Position numbers and translations under genes: made by a program. From UHGV virus genome UHGV-0294517: a stretch of DNA of 37,179 nucleotides, one strand, 5' to 3'. This document shows, in pieces, positions 1 to 9,340 of the stretch. Position 1 is the first letter of the stretch. Every line of letters starts with the position of its first letter. This DNA is from a virus. The notes under the pieces are model-generated. The model made no database searches. It was given only the letters and a program-made list of their open reading frames with translations, and was not told the DNA's origin.

Positions 1-315
1 ATTTGGGGCAGTATAATTAGTACAAAATAAATGATACAATATTCAGGACGGCAGATCCATCCGTCCAACACTCATATACGCCGCCCGCAGAAAGGTGTGC
101 ATCATTTCGGTTGTCAGGGTCATCCCTTCTGGCAACCGGAATTTAAAAGTATTTCCCGGTATCTCTAAAAACTCTTGGTATAGTAAAAACGTATCGTAAG
201 ATTCGTAGATTTGATATTCCATTATTATTCCCCCCTCGCATTGGCTACATATTATTATAGCACAGCGGATCAGGTGCTGGGCTTGAAATTATTTTAAAAA
301 GTTTTCGATTTGCTA

Positions 316-344
316 TTGACTTTACGCCTTATAAGGCGTATAAT
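316..344 (+). promoter_or_regulatory. sigma-70-type promoter TTGACT-17 bp-TATAAT; the spacer contains the perfect 14-bp palindrome CGCCTTATAAGGCG (possible operator)
   Basis: TTGACT at 316-321, TATAAT at 339-344 with a 17-nt spacer. It lies 35 nt upstream of the GGAGA RBS and ATG 379. The palindrome is read directly. Confidence 0.6.
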
Positions 345-378
345 AAGACCATAAGATAAAGCGAAGGAGATATGAAAG

Positions 379-705
379 ATGACAAGAAATGAAGCGATTG
401 AAAAAATCATGGAACGAATCGAAGAAATCAAGGATGAATATGATTTTGGTTATATCGGAGTAAGAGTGCAAGAAGATGCGTTCGTTCTTGGGGAAATGCT
501 TAACAACTCCTTTGCATGGGTGGATGGTGAAATGACAGAGGAAGAACTTAATGGAACATGCGCTGTAAAAATTGATGAAGCCGAGCTTGCAAAGGGATAC
601 TTCGGAGATCACGTTGCTATAATCGGCGGAGACTCTGCAGAATACGGACAGGATCTCGGTGAAATCATCATCAGGAACGCAGAAGTACTTGAAATTGTAT
701 CATAG
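379..705 (+). CDS. hypothetical protein (108 aa, acidic)
   Basis: ORF with a GGAGA RBS 8 nt upstream. First gene after the promoter. No recognisable family. Confidence 0.6.
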   Translation: MTRNEAIEKIMERIEEIKDEYDFGYIGVRVQEDAFVLGEMLNNSFAWVDGEMTEEELNGTCAVKIDEAELAKGYFGDHVAIIGGDSAEYGQDLGEIIIRNAEVLEIVS

Positions 706-715
706 GAGTAATAGT

Positions 716-994
716 ATGAGAAGATATAGTGATTGCATGAGAACTGATGGTATGTGCGGAATATGCGCATTAACAAGCAGGGGCTTGGATTGTCACAACA
801 ACAGAATAAATGGCGTCATGTACAATAGGACATTGTCTGGAATGACACAGAAAGAACTTTCAGAGAAGACCGGAATCAACATCCGGCAAATACAGAAATA
901 TGAGTCTGGAGAGTACGATACTGGAAAAATGATGCTTAGGAACGCAATTGCTCTAGCAGATGCGCTGGAATGCGATGTGAGGGAATTATTGTAA
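716..994 (+). CDS. XRE-family helix-turn-helix transcriptional regulator (92 aa) with a Cys-rich N-terminus
   Basis: Internal ATG 716 preceded by AGGAG with a 7-nt spacing; the track ORF 659-994 overlaps the upstream gene. HTH motif LSGMTQKELSEKTGINIRQIQKYESGE. N-terminal CMRTDGMCGICALTSRGLDCH. Confidence 0.6.
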   Translation: MRRYSDCMRTDGMCGICALTSRGLDCHNNRINGVMYNRTLSGMTQKELSEKTGINIRQIQKYESGEYDTGKMMLRNAIALADALECDVRELL

Positions 995-1642
995 ATGGAT
1001 GATTTAACCGGAAGAAAGTTTGGGAAACTTACCGTGATTGAGAAAACGGAAAAAATAAAAAATGGCTCTATCGTTTGGAAATGCAAATGTGATTGCGGCG
1101 GCACTATATGTGCATCAACACGAGATTTAAATCAGGGGCGGATCAAGAGCTGTGGCTGCCTGAGAAAAGAAAGATATAATCTAATCGGTCAAAAATTCGG
1201 AAGGCTAACTGTGCTAAAATCTGAATCATGCGGATCACATCGAACATTTCTCTGCCAATGCGAGTGCGGAAATAAAGTTTCTGTACGCGGTGATAGTCTA
1301 AAAAGAGGTAAAACCGTAAGCTGTGGATGCTTAAAGCGTAATGGAGAGAAAGCCGGACAACTGGAAAGAGGGAGAAACCTAAATGATCATACATCTCTCA
1401 TATTTTACAAAGGGACTGTATCAAAAAACAATACAACTGGATTTAATGGGATATCACTAATCAAAGGCAAATACAGGGCTACCATTGGATACAAAAATAA
1501 AACATATTATTTGATATCTGATAGTAACATTGAGATAGCGAAAGATGTCCGAAAAGAAGCGGATGAAGCTATAAAAAATGGAACGTTTGAAGAATGGATA
1601 GAACAGCTACGGAGGAGTAGAAATGAAAAGAAGCATTATTGA
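995..1642 (+). CDS. DNA-binding protein: two tandem Cys-rich (zinc-ribbon-like) repeats plus a C-terminal AP2-like domain
   Basis: Internal repeat: GRKFGKLTVIEK...WKCKCDCGG...SCGCLRKE and GQKFGRLTVLKS...CQCECGN...SCGCLKRN. C-terminal GISLIKGKYRATIGYKNKTYYLISDSNIEIAKDVRKEADEAIKNG resembles AP2 domains found in phage HNH/homing-endonuclease-associated proteins. A GAGGGAA RBS lies 9 nt upstream. Confidence 0.65.
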   Translation: MDDLTGRKFGKLTVIEKTEKIKNGSIVWKCKCDCGGTICASTRDLNQGRIKSCGCLRKERYNLIGQKFGRLTVLKSESCGSHRTFLCQCECGNKVSVRGDSLKRGKTVSCGCLKRNGEKAGQLERGRNLNDHTSLIFYKGTVSKNNTTGFNGISLIKGKYRATIGYKNKTYYLISDSNIEIAKDVRKEADEAIKNGTFEEWIEQLRRSRNEKKHY

Positions 1643-1895
1643 TTTATTTAAAGACGCGTTAGAGTCGGATGATTATAAGTTCAAGGCAGCATTCCTCGTA
1701 GGGAGCCTAGTATCTTACGAATCGAATGACACGCCAGAAAAAGAAGTGCAAAGCACAGAGTATCTTACTGAGATTCTCGGATACCTGCAGTCTGTAAATG
1801 CAAGCGACCCAGACAAGAAAGAATTTATCAATAGAATAACGGAAACCATTGAACGGTATTTGAATTGGGAAGATGATACCCCCTCAGAGAGCTGA
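1623..1895 (+). CDS. hypothetical protein (90 aa)
   Basis: ORF overlapping the upstream gene by 20 nt (coupled). Followed immediately by the terminator. Confidence 0.5.
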   Translation: MKRSIIDLFKDALESDDYKFKAAFLVGSLVSYESNDTPEKEVQSTEYLTEILGYLQSVNASDPDKKEFINRITETIERYLNWEDDTPSES

Positions 1896-1914
1896 TCTCC
1901 GAGGGGATTTTATT
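1880..1914. terminator. bidirectional rho-independent terminator between convergent genes
   Basis: An 11-bp stem (CCCCTCAGAGA / TCTCCGAGGGG, one mismatch) with loop GCTGA, followed by ATTTTATT. It sits between the stop at 1895 (+) and the stop at 1913 (-). Confidence 0.6.
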
Positions 1915-2650
1915 AGATAGATGTAGTCTCTTTCCTGTCCAGAACAGCCATCAGTCTCGCATACCACGGTGCACTTGGTCCCCACTTGTAACATGGCATA
2001 TCCTTACCATTGTTATCTTTGTAGATCTGCTGAATGATTTTCAGCTCGTCTGGATGGCCCAGTGTGATTATCTTGTAGCCATCAAAATAAAATACTGCAC
2101 CTTTTCCCTCTACTGTAAATAAACATTTCATCTCTTCTTCTCCTTTCTGATCTGCTGTTGTGCTTTGGTTTCCGCTCATAAGCTCCTTGATACGGTTAAT
2201 AAAATAGGCTTTTGTCTGCGCTGCACCGCCGTGAATCTCTACTGATCTGTGCGGACAAGCGGTTGCAAACACCTCCTGATGCAGCATGATCGTGCTTGCA
2301 CTTGGTGTAATTCCATACTGCTTGCACTTCTGCGCTGCCAACTGTAATGCTTTTTCCTCATTCGCTTTAAATACATTCAGATCGCCCATACTCTGGCAGA
2401 CTTCTATTCCCAAGAAATTAAGATTTCCATTCGAATTTCCGCAATGCCAAGCACAGTTTGAATCATCCTCTGCTTGCAGAATTCCATCGTTACACACATA
2501 GTAGTGAGCAAATCCGTTTTCCAAGTTTGCGTTTTGTAAGTAATTCCTGTAATACGCTGTCGTAGCATTCTGACCGTCTGCCCCATTGTGAATAAAAATA
2601 CCGACAGGATTTTTACCTCTCCTGCCGGCAATTCCTCTACAGATACTCAT
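1913..2650 (-). CDS. endolysin: N-acetylmuramoyl-L-alanine amidase (PGRP/Amidase_2 type) with a C-terminal putative cell-wall-binding domain
   Basis: Motifs GIFIHNGADGQN, AWHCGNSNGN, LGIEV, TACPH are typical of zinc amidase_2/PGRP. RBS AGGAGGAACAGGAG. Immediately downstream of the holin. Confidence 0.85.
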   Translation of the reverse strand: MSICRGIAGRRGKNPVGIFIHNGADGQNATTAYYRNYLQNANLENGFAHYYVCNDGILQAEDDSNCAWHCGNSNGNLNFLGIEVCQSMGDLNVFKANEEKALQLAAQKCKQYGITPSASTIMLHQEVFATACPHRSVEIHGGAAQTKAYFINRIKELMSGNQSTTADQKGEEEMKCLFTVEGKGAVFYFDGYKIITLGHPDELKIIQQIYKDNNGKDMPCYKWGPSAPWYARLMAVLDRKETTSI

Positions 2651-2736
2651 TACTCCTGTTCCTCCTGTTCTTCTGTCTCAAATACCTTTTCCAGTTCCTC
2701 TGCGGATACTCTGCCAAATTCGTTCTGTTCGCTCAT
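2650..2736 (-). CDS. acidic micro-ORF (28 aa, MSEQNEFGRVSAEELEKVFETEEQEEQE) between holin and endolysin
   Basis: GGAGGTGAGAAC-ATG RBS. Its stop overlaps the endolysin ATG (TAATG). Too short for the ORF track. Speculative. Confidence 0.3.
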   Translation of the reverse strand: MSEQNEFGRVSAEELEKVFETEEQEEQE

Positions 2737-2779
2737 GTTCTCACCTCCTTGTGCGATATCGCACAATAAAAGAGGACGA

Positions 2780-3232
2780 TCACTCGCCCTCCTGCTCCTG
2801 TGATTTATTTGTTAAAACATCCAGTGCTTTTTTTAACGCTTCCGGATATTTCACACCCATAATTCCAACATTTTCTAAGATCGAGATCCCCTCATTTGCT
2901 ATAAATGCCAGTACTGCCGCTGTACGGATGTAGTCTACGCCGAGAGTAACATCCAGCCGATATGCAATAAGTACGATCAGTAGAGATACCCCTTTTCTGC
3001 ACAGACCTTTCCATGCAGAGTAGCTGCTCAGCGCGCCATTCTCTGATTTGTTGCTCTTTTTCCAAAAGGCAGCGATCAGTAATCCGAGAACAAAGTCTGC
3101 ACCCATAAAAATAAGTAATGTAGTTAAGTCCTCAGACCATCCTCCGATCAGGTTTACGAAACCTCCTGCAATAGCTCCGAATACCATGCATAAAAACGCT
3201 TTTACATTTGCTAACTGTTCCATTTTCTTCAT
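2780..3232 (-). CDS. holin (phage_holin_4_1 / phiLC3-like family)
   Basis: MEQLANVKAFLCMVFGAIAGGFVNLIGGW... with predicted TM helices. Start chosen at M17 of the track ORF (RBS GTGAGGAT). Confidence 0.8.
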   Translation of the reverse strand: MKKMEQLANVKAFLCMVFGAIAGGFVNLIGGWSEDLTTLLIFMGADFVLGLLIAAFWKKSNKSENGALSSYSAWKGLCRKGVSLLIVLIAYRLDVTLGVDYIRTAAVLAFIANEGISILENVGIMGVKYPEALKKALDVLTNKSQEQEGE

Positions 3233-3310
3233 ATCCTCACTTTCCTTTCTGCTTTTAAAGTATAAAAATAAGACCATCACGGTCTTGCTCTGATCTCCAT
3301 ATTCGCTCCT

Positions 3311-5812
3311 TTAGTCATCCGTAATCCATGTAAATGTCTTTATGCGTTCACAGTAGTCTGTCTTGCCAGTTACAATGGATATTCCTCCGTCTTTTGAAAT
3401 ATAATATCTGCCAGTCCCGATAACTGACGGACCAACCAATTCGCTGTACGTCTCTACTATGTCTACGACTGGTCGATATCCTATAGGGATCCTTAATTCG
3501 TCAAACGGTCCGTGCGATCCTGTGTTTGGAAATTGTATAAGTGCCGTGATTTTACATGTAACCACGCACCCTCTCCTTATTAGCTCCGCCTGTATATAGT
3601 TGGATGAGTTTGTGCTGGCGTATGGTCCTTTTATTTTTCCGGAGTCATAATTTGTTGCTTTAGATATGTTTATTTCGTATGATCCGGTGCTTTTGATGTA
3701 TATACCGTCCCGTTTAAAATTAACAAGGTTTGAAATGGTGGCTCCGTCAAAATACTGCGCAATCTGCGTTGGGAATATAGACAAGCTTGTGTGTCTGCCG
3801 CTATCCATCCCATTCGCTACAAATACGCCCTTGCTTATCGCAGAGCTGTTTATCCCGTTTTCATCTTCGGAGTAGATCTCTCCGGTATTTACCTGGATAA
3901 AAAAGTGTCCGTCCAGACTCTTTATAAGTCCAGCGGTTACAGTTCCGAGGTTTGCGGCAATCGCACTTAGCGTCTCTACATTCAGATTTTCTACAGAAAT
4001 GTAATAGATCACCCATTTACTTCCATCCCATCTTTTAATCGGCTCTCCACTTGCTGTCTGCCAGAGCTGTCCAACTTTTGGATTTTCCGGGGGTGCGGGA
4101 GATATGATAATTCCACTATCCCCTGTCTCTCCGTTGTCTCCACGTACACCGATAATCACAGGTGTGGTCTTGGTTTCCGTGCTATTGGTGTACCGGATAA
4201 GGTCGTAGCTCCATAGGTTTTTCTTGGTTTCGGTCATGTCTTGCTTCGTGTCCGTCCATCCCGGAGAGGATACCGTGATTCCTGTGCTTTTTTCGGATGC
4301 CAGATAATACTTGGTCACACTCTCGATTCCTACACCGTCCTTTCCGTCATCCCCGTTTTTTCCAGGTTCTCCCGGTGCTCCATCGTCCACCTTGGTGATT
4401 GTTACCTCATAATATCCACGCCGGATTCCATTTTCAGTTGCCACGAAAGAGTACACCGCCTTGGTATCCACATCCTCTGCATTTACTGTCACGCTCCTAC
4501 CTACATAAAACTCTGTCCCATCTTTACTCCACCGGATTTCCAGATTTCCAGACACATCCACACCGTTGTTGTAAGCGTAGGCAGTCAGTGTAGTGCTGCC
4601 GATGCCGTTTTTAAAGATAATGCCGTTGTTTGTAGAGATGGAACAGGTGTAGACTTTATTTTTTGAAATCAAGTCCTGCATCCTTTTGATGAGATCGTCG
4701 GATATTTCGGATGTAAGCTCTTTGTAGTTTGTAAATACCGTCTTTGCAGTTTTTGGATTGGTAAGACTCCTGATCTGTTCTGATACTCTTGCCTGTAGAT
4801 AAAGGACTGGTGTCCACTCCTGATCCTGCATCCTTACCGTATCCCCGATGTTGGTGTCAAAATATCCGTCCACCTCGTAGGTTACTACTGGCTCGGATGC
4901 GGTCTTGAGGTCAGATAATGCCATGCTGTACAGCTTGTCCTTGCTGTCTGTATCGTACTCTTTACGCATCAGGATATAAGCATCAGCCTTATTTACGATA
5001 TTGGACGGGAATCGGTCTCTTGCCTGCGGTGCCCGGATGAGCGCGCCGTCTGTAAAGTATTCGATATTGCCGTTCTCATCGTATTCCTTTTTATCCAGAC
5101 CATTGATCGTCAGCCCATCCTTTCCGGTCGGCTGGATACAGGTGTATAACTTTTCTGCATCCGTAGTCTTCCGAATTCCGGTAATTCCTTTTCCGTAGCG
5201 CAGGACAACATCACTGCGATATTCTCCAATTCCACTGTCCGTATCGCTGTGTTCTCGGTATACATTCAGGACAATCTCTTTTAAGGAGTAATCGCTGTTT
5301 AAGACCGTCTCAAACTCGATCTCCGCAGAAAAGACATTTGCCAGAGAGAATAATCTCTTTAACACGGTTGTTGTACCGGTCCATTCGTTGGTGATCCGTT
5401 TGTCCGACACCTCATTGAGTCCCAATTTAAGCGTTCTCTCAGCATCAAAAACGGCAAGGTACTCTTCAAAGCTCATGGCTTTTCCAGCTTTGTATTCGCC
5501 AGCATCCTCGTTAATAAGCTCAAACGACAGTGACCATGCCGTAGCAGTAATTGTCTTCTCCGTCTGATCGGTATTTACAATATTTAAGTAGTATGATCTG
5601 CCTTTGTAAGTAAATGCCACCTTGTTTCCGACTGTAACATGTTCTGCGTCTGGATGTTTGGCATTAACTGTAAAGGTGTATGTGTTCGCTGCTCCCTGTA
5701 AATATTCGTGTAGCTCATCATCCCAGTAATGCATAGATTTTTTGTGTGCGTTGTCCATAAATGCTACCGGTGTGTTGTTTGCACTTAAAATCGCAATTCT
5801 AATACTGTCCAT
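3311..5812 (-). CDS. tail-associated lysin / receptor-binding tail protein (Tal; phage minor structural protein with N-terminal prophage-tail endopeptidase region)
   Basis: 833 aa directly downstream of Dit. N-terminal region looks like siphovirus Tal. Collagen-like G-X-Y stretches (GAPGEPGKNGDDGKDGVG; GVRGDNGETGDSG). Variable C-terminal domain. Confidence 0.8.
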   Translation of the reverse strand: MDSIRIAILSANNTPVAFMDNAHKKSMHYWDDELHEYLQGAANTYTFTVNAKHPDAEHVTVGNKVAFTYKGRSYYLNIVNTDQTEKTITATAWSLSFELINEDAGEYKAGKAMSFEEYLAVFDAERTLKLGLNEVSDKRITNEWTGTTTVLKRLFSLANVFSAEIEFETVLNSDYSLKEIVLNVYREHSDTDSGIGEYRSDVVLRYGKGITGIRKTTDAEKLYTCIQPTGKDGLTINGLDKKEYDENGNIEYFTDGALIRAPQARDRFPSNIVNKADAYILMRKEYDTDSKDKLYSMALSDLKTASEPVVTYEVDGYFDTNIGDTVRMQDQEWTPVLYLQARVSEQIRSLTNPKTAKTVFTNYKELTSEISDDLIKRMQDLISKNKVYTCSISTNNGIIFKNGIGSTTLTAYAYNNGVDVSGNLEIRWSKDGTEFYVGRSVTVNAEDVDTKAVYSFVATENGIRRGYYEVTITKVDDGAPGEPGKNGDDGKDGVGIESVTKYYLASEKSTGITVSSPGWTDTKQDMTETKKNLWSYDLIRYTNSTETKTTPVIIGVRGDNGETGDSGIIISPAPPENPKVGQLWQTASGEPIKRWDGSKWVIYYISVENLNVETLSAIAANLGTVTAGLIKSLDGHFFIQVNTGEIYSEDENGINSSAISKGVFVANGMDSGRHTSLSIFPTQIAQYFDGATISNLVNFKRDGIYIKSTGSYEINISKATNYDSGKIKGPYASTNSSNYIQAELIRRGCVVTCKITALIQFPNTGSHGPFDELRIPIGYRPVVDIVETYSELVGPSVIGTGRYYISKDGGISIVTGKTDYCERIKTFTWITDD

Positions 5813-7281
5813 TACAAGTATACCTCCCTTATTTTGGCTTTAATCTGTGGCGGCGGAGAGGAAAAGGAAGAGTGGCAGAACTGCACTTCCGTTGTCCCCG
5901 GTGGAACTTTTGGATAATTGGATCCATTAATCTCATCTCCTTTTGCCGGCATCCCGTTTACATAGACCTTTGTACTCTCTCCGTCTATAGACACCACATC
6001 TCCGGCACGATACCGGTTCGGCACATCCTTATACTTATCGACATTGTCTTTCCGGAATCGGATGCTTTTTAAATAGTTGTGTGTAACGTACTGGTTTGTG
6101 AGGTTTCTGTCTCCCCACTGCCCGATCCAGATCTGGATTTTTTCGCATTCCATATCCTTAATCTCTGGTATGTTTCGCTCCATATAACTTCCATACCAGA
6201 AAATCCGCAGCTTTTCTCCCTCTTTTAAAAAGTCGTTGTGGCATCCCATTTTTAGGTTAAACGGATTGCCCTCGTAGGCTGTCGGCTGGAACTCTTCCCG
6301 TCTGAGCAAGGTGTTCCCTGGGGCAAACCACTCGATACGCGCCGTATTACCTGTGGCATCACTCTTGTTAATAGACATGGAGCAGATCACTTCATTTTTC
6401 CCTGTAAGAAACGCAATAGTCTGCGCTCCCGTCTGTCCCATCAATCCAGTCTCGAACCAGTGCTGGGTGTAACAGTAAAAGTTCTTCGCCCCACGTCTGC
6501 CCTCGCTGTCCACCGGGATAGTAAGTGTTTTCATTCCACCGTTCCAGAATCCGGATGTTGCCTGTCCACCTTTTAATGCCATGACGTTATATCCGGCAAC
6601 ATTCTTGACTTCGAGCGTTCCCTGTGCGGTGTTTTCTGGGTTCTGATAAGAGGTACCGTGATCGTCTTGAAACAGACTGTAACCGTTAAACAGTTCTTCG
6701 GACGCTTCGTAGTTCTCTCCGTCCGCTTCTTCTTGTTTCCCAAGCTGAATTACTCCATACTGGCTGACCAATCCAATAAAGCCGTTCTCGTGCTTGTGGG
6801 TAATCTCATAGTCCACATCCGTCCACTCGGTACCGTTGTTTTGGATGGTAATTGTCTGGTATCCATCTTCTTGCACTCCGTCAAATGCAAATTCTGTAGT
6901 GGAGTATGCTACCCCGTCTGGGATGAGCCATGTGATCGTGCCTTTCCCAAACATTGCAACCTGTGTTATATCAAAATTACCGTCAGGGACAGCATAAAAA
7001 TAGCGATCCGGATAATTCCCAAACACAAGCCTTTTCGGCTCTGTGACGTTTAGGATCTTCTGAATCGCATCATAACTTTCTAAAATATCGCCTTTAATTT
7101 CAAATGGCATTTCAAGTGTCTTTGATTTATATGTTATATAGCCAAAATCCTCTCCTTTTGCACTTTCTGCTCCGTCAAGAAGTTCTGTCTCTCTATTTAC
7201 TCCGCTAAACGGAGAAAACCCGGACAATACACTCAAGTATCGCCCGAGTTCCTGATCGTTGAATTTTACAGATAAACTCAA
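5812..7281 (-). CDS. distal tail protein (Dit, Sipho_tail family), long form
   Basis: 489 aa between the tape-measure and Tal genes. N-terminus resembles siphovirus Dit. The extra length suggests inserted carbohydrate-binding modules. Confidence 0.75.
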   Translation of the reverse strand: MSLSVKFNDQELGRYLSVLSGFSPFSGVNRETELLDGAESAKGEDFGYITYKSKTLEMPFEIKGDILESYDAIQKILNVTEPKRLVFGNYPDRYFYAVPDGNFDITQVAMFGKGTITWLIPDGVAYSTTEFAFDGVQEDGYQTITIQNNGTEWTDVDYEITHKHENGFIGLVSQYGVIQLGKQEEADGENYEASEELFNGYSLFQDDHGTSYQNPENTAQGTLEVKNVAGYNVMALKGGQATSGFWNGGMKTLTIPVDSEGRRGAKNFYCYTQHWFETGLMGQTGAQTIAFLTGKNEVICSMSINKSDATGNTARIEWFAPGNTLLRREEFQPTAYEGNPFNLKMGCHNDFLKEGEKLRIFWYGSYMERNIPEIKDMECEKIQIWIGQWGDRNLTNQYVTHNYLKSIRFRKDNVDKYKDVPNRYRAGDVVSIDGESTKVYVNGMPAKGDEINGSNYPKVPPGTTEVQFCHSSFSSPPPQIKAKIREVYL

Positions 7282-9134
7282 TCTCTATCCCCTCCTAACA
7301 TCTTCCGAAAACTCGAATTCTTTTCTATTTGTTTTTCCATTGGCGTTGCAAGTACTCTGGATGTCTCTACGGAATCTATTTTATTGATAATTTCAAGCGG
7401 CCGGTTTGCGAGTCTGGATAATCGATCCACCGCGTAGATCAGCTCACTATTATCTGTCGTTCTGACCGCTGATCTGGAAGCGACATATCCACTTGCTGTC
7501 GGGCTTGCAGACGTTGTAACACCAAGAGCAGCTCCCTGTATCCGGGACACCATCTTGTTTGCCTGTTTTTCCATGTCTTTGTATGGGATATTATCCTCGA
7601 ATCCAACCCCTATACCGAGAGCCATGTTTTTCCCGACCTGATCCCTAAATACACGGGATGGGGAATGGATCCCAAGTTTGCTTTTAACCCAATTCAAGGC
7701 ATCTGTAGCAGCGCTCACAGCGGCATCTACTAGCTGTCCGGCTGCAGAAGCGACACCGGATGCAATTCCCTTTATGATGTTAACTCCAACGCTGATCCAA
7801 TCTACACTCAAAAAAGCGTCTTTTATCGCAGAGATGATCTGCGGTATTTTCCCAACCAAGTTTGGTATTGCTCTAATCAAACCAGAAGCTAACTCTCCGA
7901 TAATTTTAATACCAGTGGATAAAATCTGCGGAAGATTACTTGCGATGCTTGCTACAAAACGTGCTATCGCCTGAGCTGCAGCTGCTACGATAGCCGGCAG
8001 ATTGTTTATGATTCCATCCACAAGGCGTAAAATCATCTGGACACCGGATTGTAACACGGATGGAAGCGCTGATAAGAGTCCACTTACATAATTTGTAATA
8101 GCTGCGGAACCCTGGGTAACCAACTGCGGCAAATTCTGCATGATTCCAAGAGCTAACTGCGTTACAATCTCAAACCCTTTCATAATCAATTCTGGAAGCC
8201 CTGTTGCAATTCCAAGCCAAAACTGGTTCAGAAGCTCCATTCCGGTAGAAATAAGCAATGGAGCATTTTCCATTATTCCGGTAAACAATCCATTTACAAT
8301 GTTTCCGGCAGCCTGAATCATACCGGAAACGCCATTTTCCTCAAATCCTTGCGTAAGCTGCTCAATCGCACTGATCGCCGCTGGTAATAACGATTCCGTC
8401 AGTCCATCAGATATAGGCTTAACAATTTCACCTAAAAGCTGTTGTGCGTTGTCCTTTAATGTGGAGATCAGACCGCTAAACGTCTGACTCTGCTTTTCCA
8501 TGCTCTGGAAATACTTTCCACCCTCAGATGTTGCTCTCTGCATGGAGGCGGTAATCTCATCCACAGAGATTGTCCCTTTGCTGATCCTGTCATACAAGGA
8601 TGCCATTGACTCCCCTGTACTCTCAGAAATCTCCTGCAATGGGTTAAATCCAGCTTCAATCATCTGCTTGACATCTTCCAGAGACACTTTTCCGGCGGAT
8701 GACATCTGTCCGTAAGCAGTGGCAATTCTGGACATCTTATCAGCTGAGCCTTGCGAGATATCACCAAGCATCATCATTTTGTCCATGGCTTCGTCTGCAC
8801 TAAAACCATAATTCATCAACAGCTGTGTAGTATCTGCTAAATCCTGAAGTTCAAACGGCGTTTCCGCTCCTACTTTCTTCAATTTGTCGATTACTTCCGC
8901 TGCTTTTTCCGCGGATCCAGTCATAACCTCAAATGATGTCTGGTAAGACTCTATGGATGCATTGTATTTTACTCCGGCTACAACACCAGCTCCAAGCGCA
9001 GCCGTCACAGCACCAACCGCAGCAACTGCCACTCCTGCACCTTTCTTGGCTATTCCACCAAGTTTGGAAATTCCGGAATTAAATCCAGATTCATTTATTT
9101 CCGTGTCAAATTTTAATGAGCCATCATAACCCAT
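7278..9134 (-). CDS. tail tape measure protein
   Basis: 618 aa. Ala/Gly-rich hydrophobic segment near the N-terminus and a long alpha-helical LxxL-rich region. Start at M10 of the track ORF (AGGAGGG RBS). Confidence 0.85.
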   Translation of the reverse strand: MGYDGSLKFDTEINESGFNSGISKLGGIAKKGAGVAVAAVGAVTAALGAGVVAGVKYNASIESYQTSFEVMTGSAEKAAEVIDKLKKVGAETPFELQDLADTTQLLMNYGFSADEAMDKMMMLGDISQGSADKMSRIATAYGQMSSAGKVSLEDVKQMIEAGFNPLQEISESTGESMASLYDRISKGTISVDEITASMQRATSEGGKYFQSMEKQSQTFSGLISTLKDNAQQLLGEIVKPISDGLTESLLPAAISAIEQLTQGFEENGVSGMIQAAGNIVNGLFTGIMENAPLLISTGMELLNQFWLGIATGLPELIMKGFEIVTQLALGIMQNLPQLVTQGSAAITNYVSGLLSALPSVLQSGVQMILRLVDGIINNLPAIVAAAAQAIARFVASIASNLPQILSTGIKIIGELASGLIRAIPNLVGKIPQIISAIKDAFLSVDWISVGVNIIKGIASGVASAAGQLVDAAVSAATDALNWVKSKLGIHSPSRVFRDQVGKNMALGIGVGFEDNIPYKDMEKQANKMVSRIQGAALGVTTSASPTASGYVASRSAVRTTDNSELIYAVDRLSRLANRPLEIINKIDSVETSRVLATPMEKQIEKNSSFRKMLGGDRD

Positions 9135-9186
9135 ACTATCCCTCCTATTCTTGGATAGCACAGGCTCATAGGCTCACTTAAGTGCT

Positions 9187-9333
9187 TTATTTCTTAATTT
9201 CTATTTCTTTCTTACAAGTCCGACATTTTACGTAGATACCGTGGCTTTTGGCTGTATTGTCTGCAATAGCAAGTTTGCAGCCGCACACAGGGCATCTAAT
9301 CCAATCTCGGACTAATATTGGTTCTTTTTTCAT
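9187..9333 (-). CDS. small zinc-ribbon protein (48 aa; CPVCGC...CRTC)
   Basis: Not in the ORF track (under 60 aa). AGGTGG RBS 4 nt upstream. Sits between the tail chaperone and the tape measure. Confidence 0.4.
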   Translation of the reverse strand: MKKEPILVRDWIRCPVCGCKLAIADNTAKSHGIYVKCRTCKKEIEIKK

Positions 9334-9340
9334 GATCCAC

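Noticed and set aside
322-612. 96-aa minus-strand ORF
   Set aside because: Entirely antisense to the better-supported plus-strand gene 379-705. No RBS. Low-complexity translation.
4241-4666. Plus-strand ORFs inside the Tal, Dit and tape-measure genes (also 6658-7053, 7678-7974, 8500-8715)
   Set aside because: All are antisense to long, well-supported structural genes and lack start-site context. Expected by chance in long ORFs.
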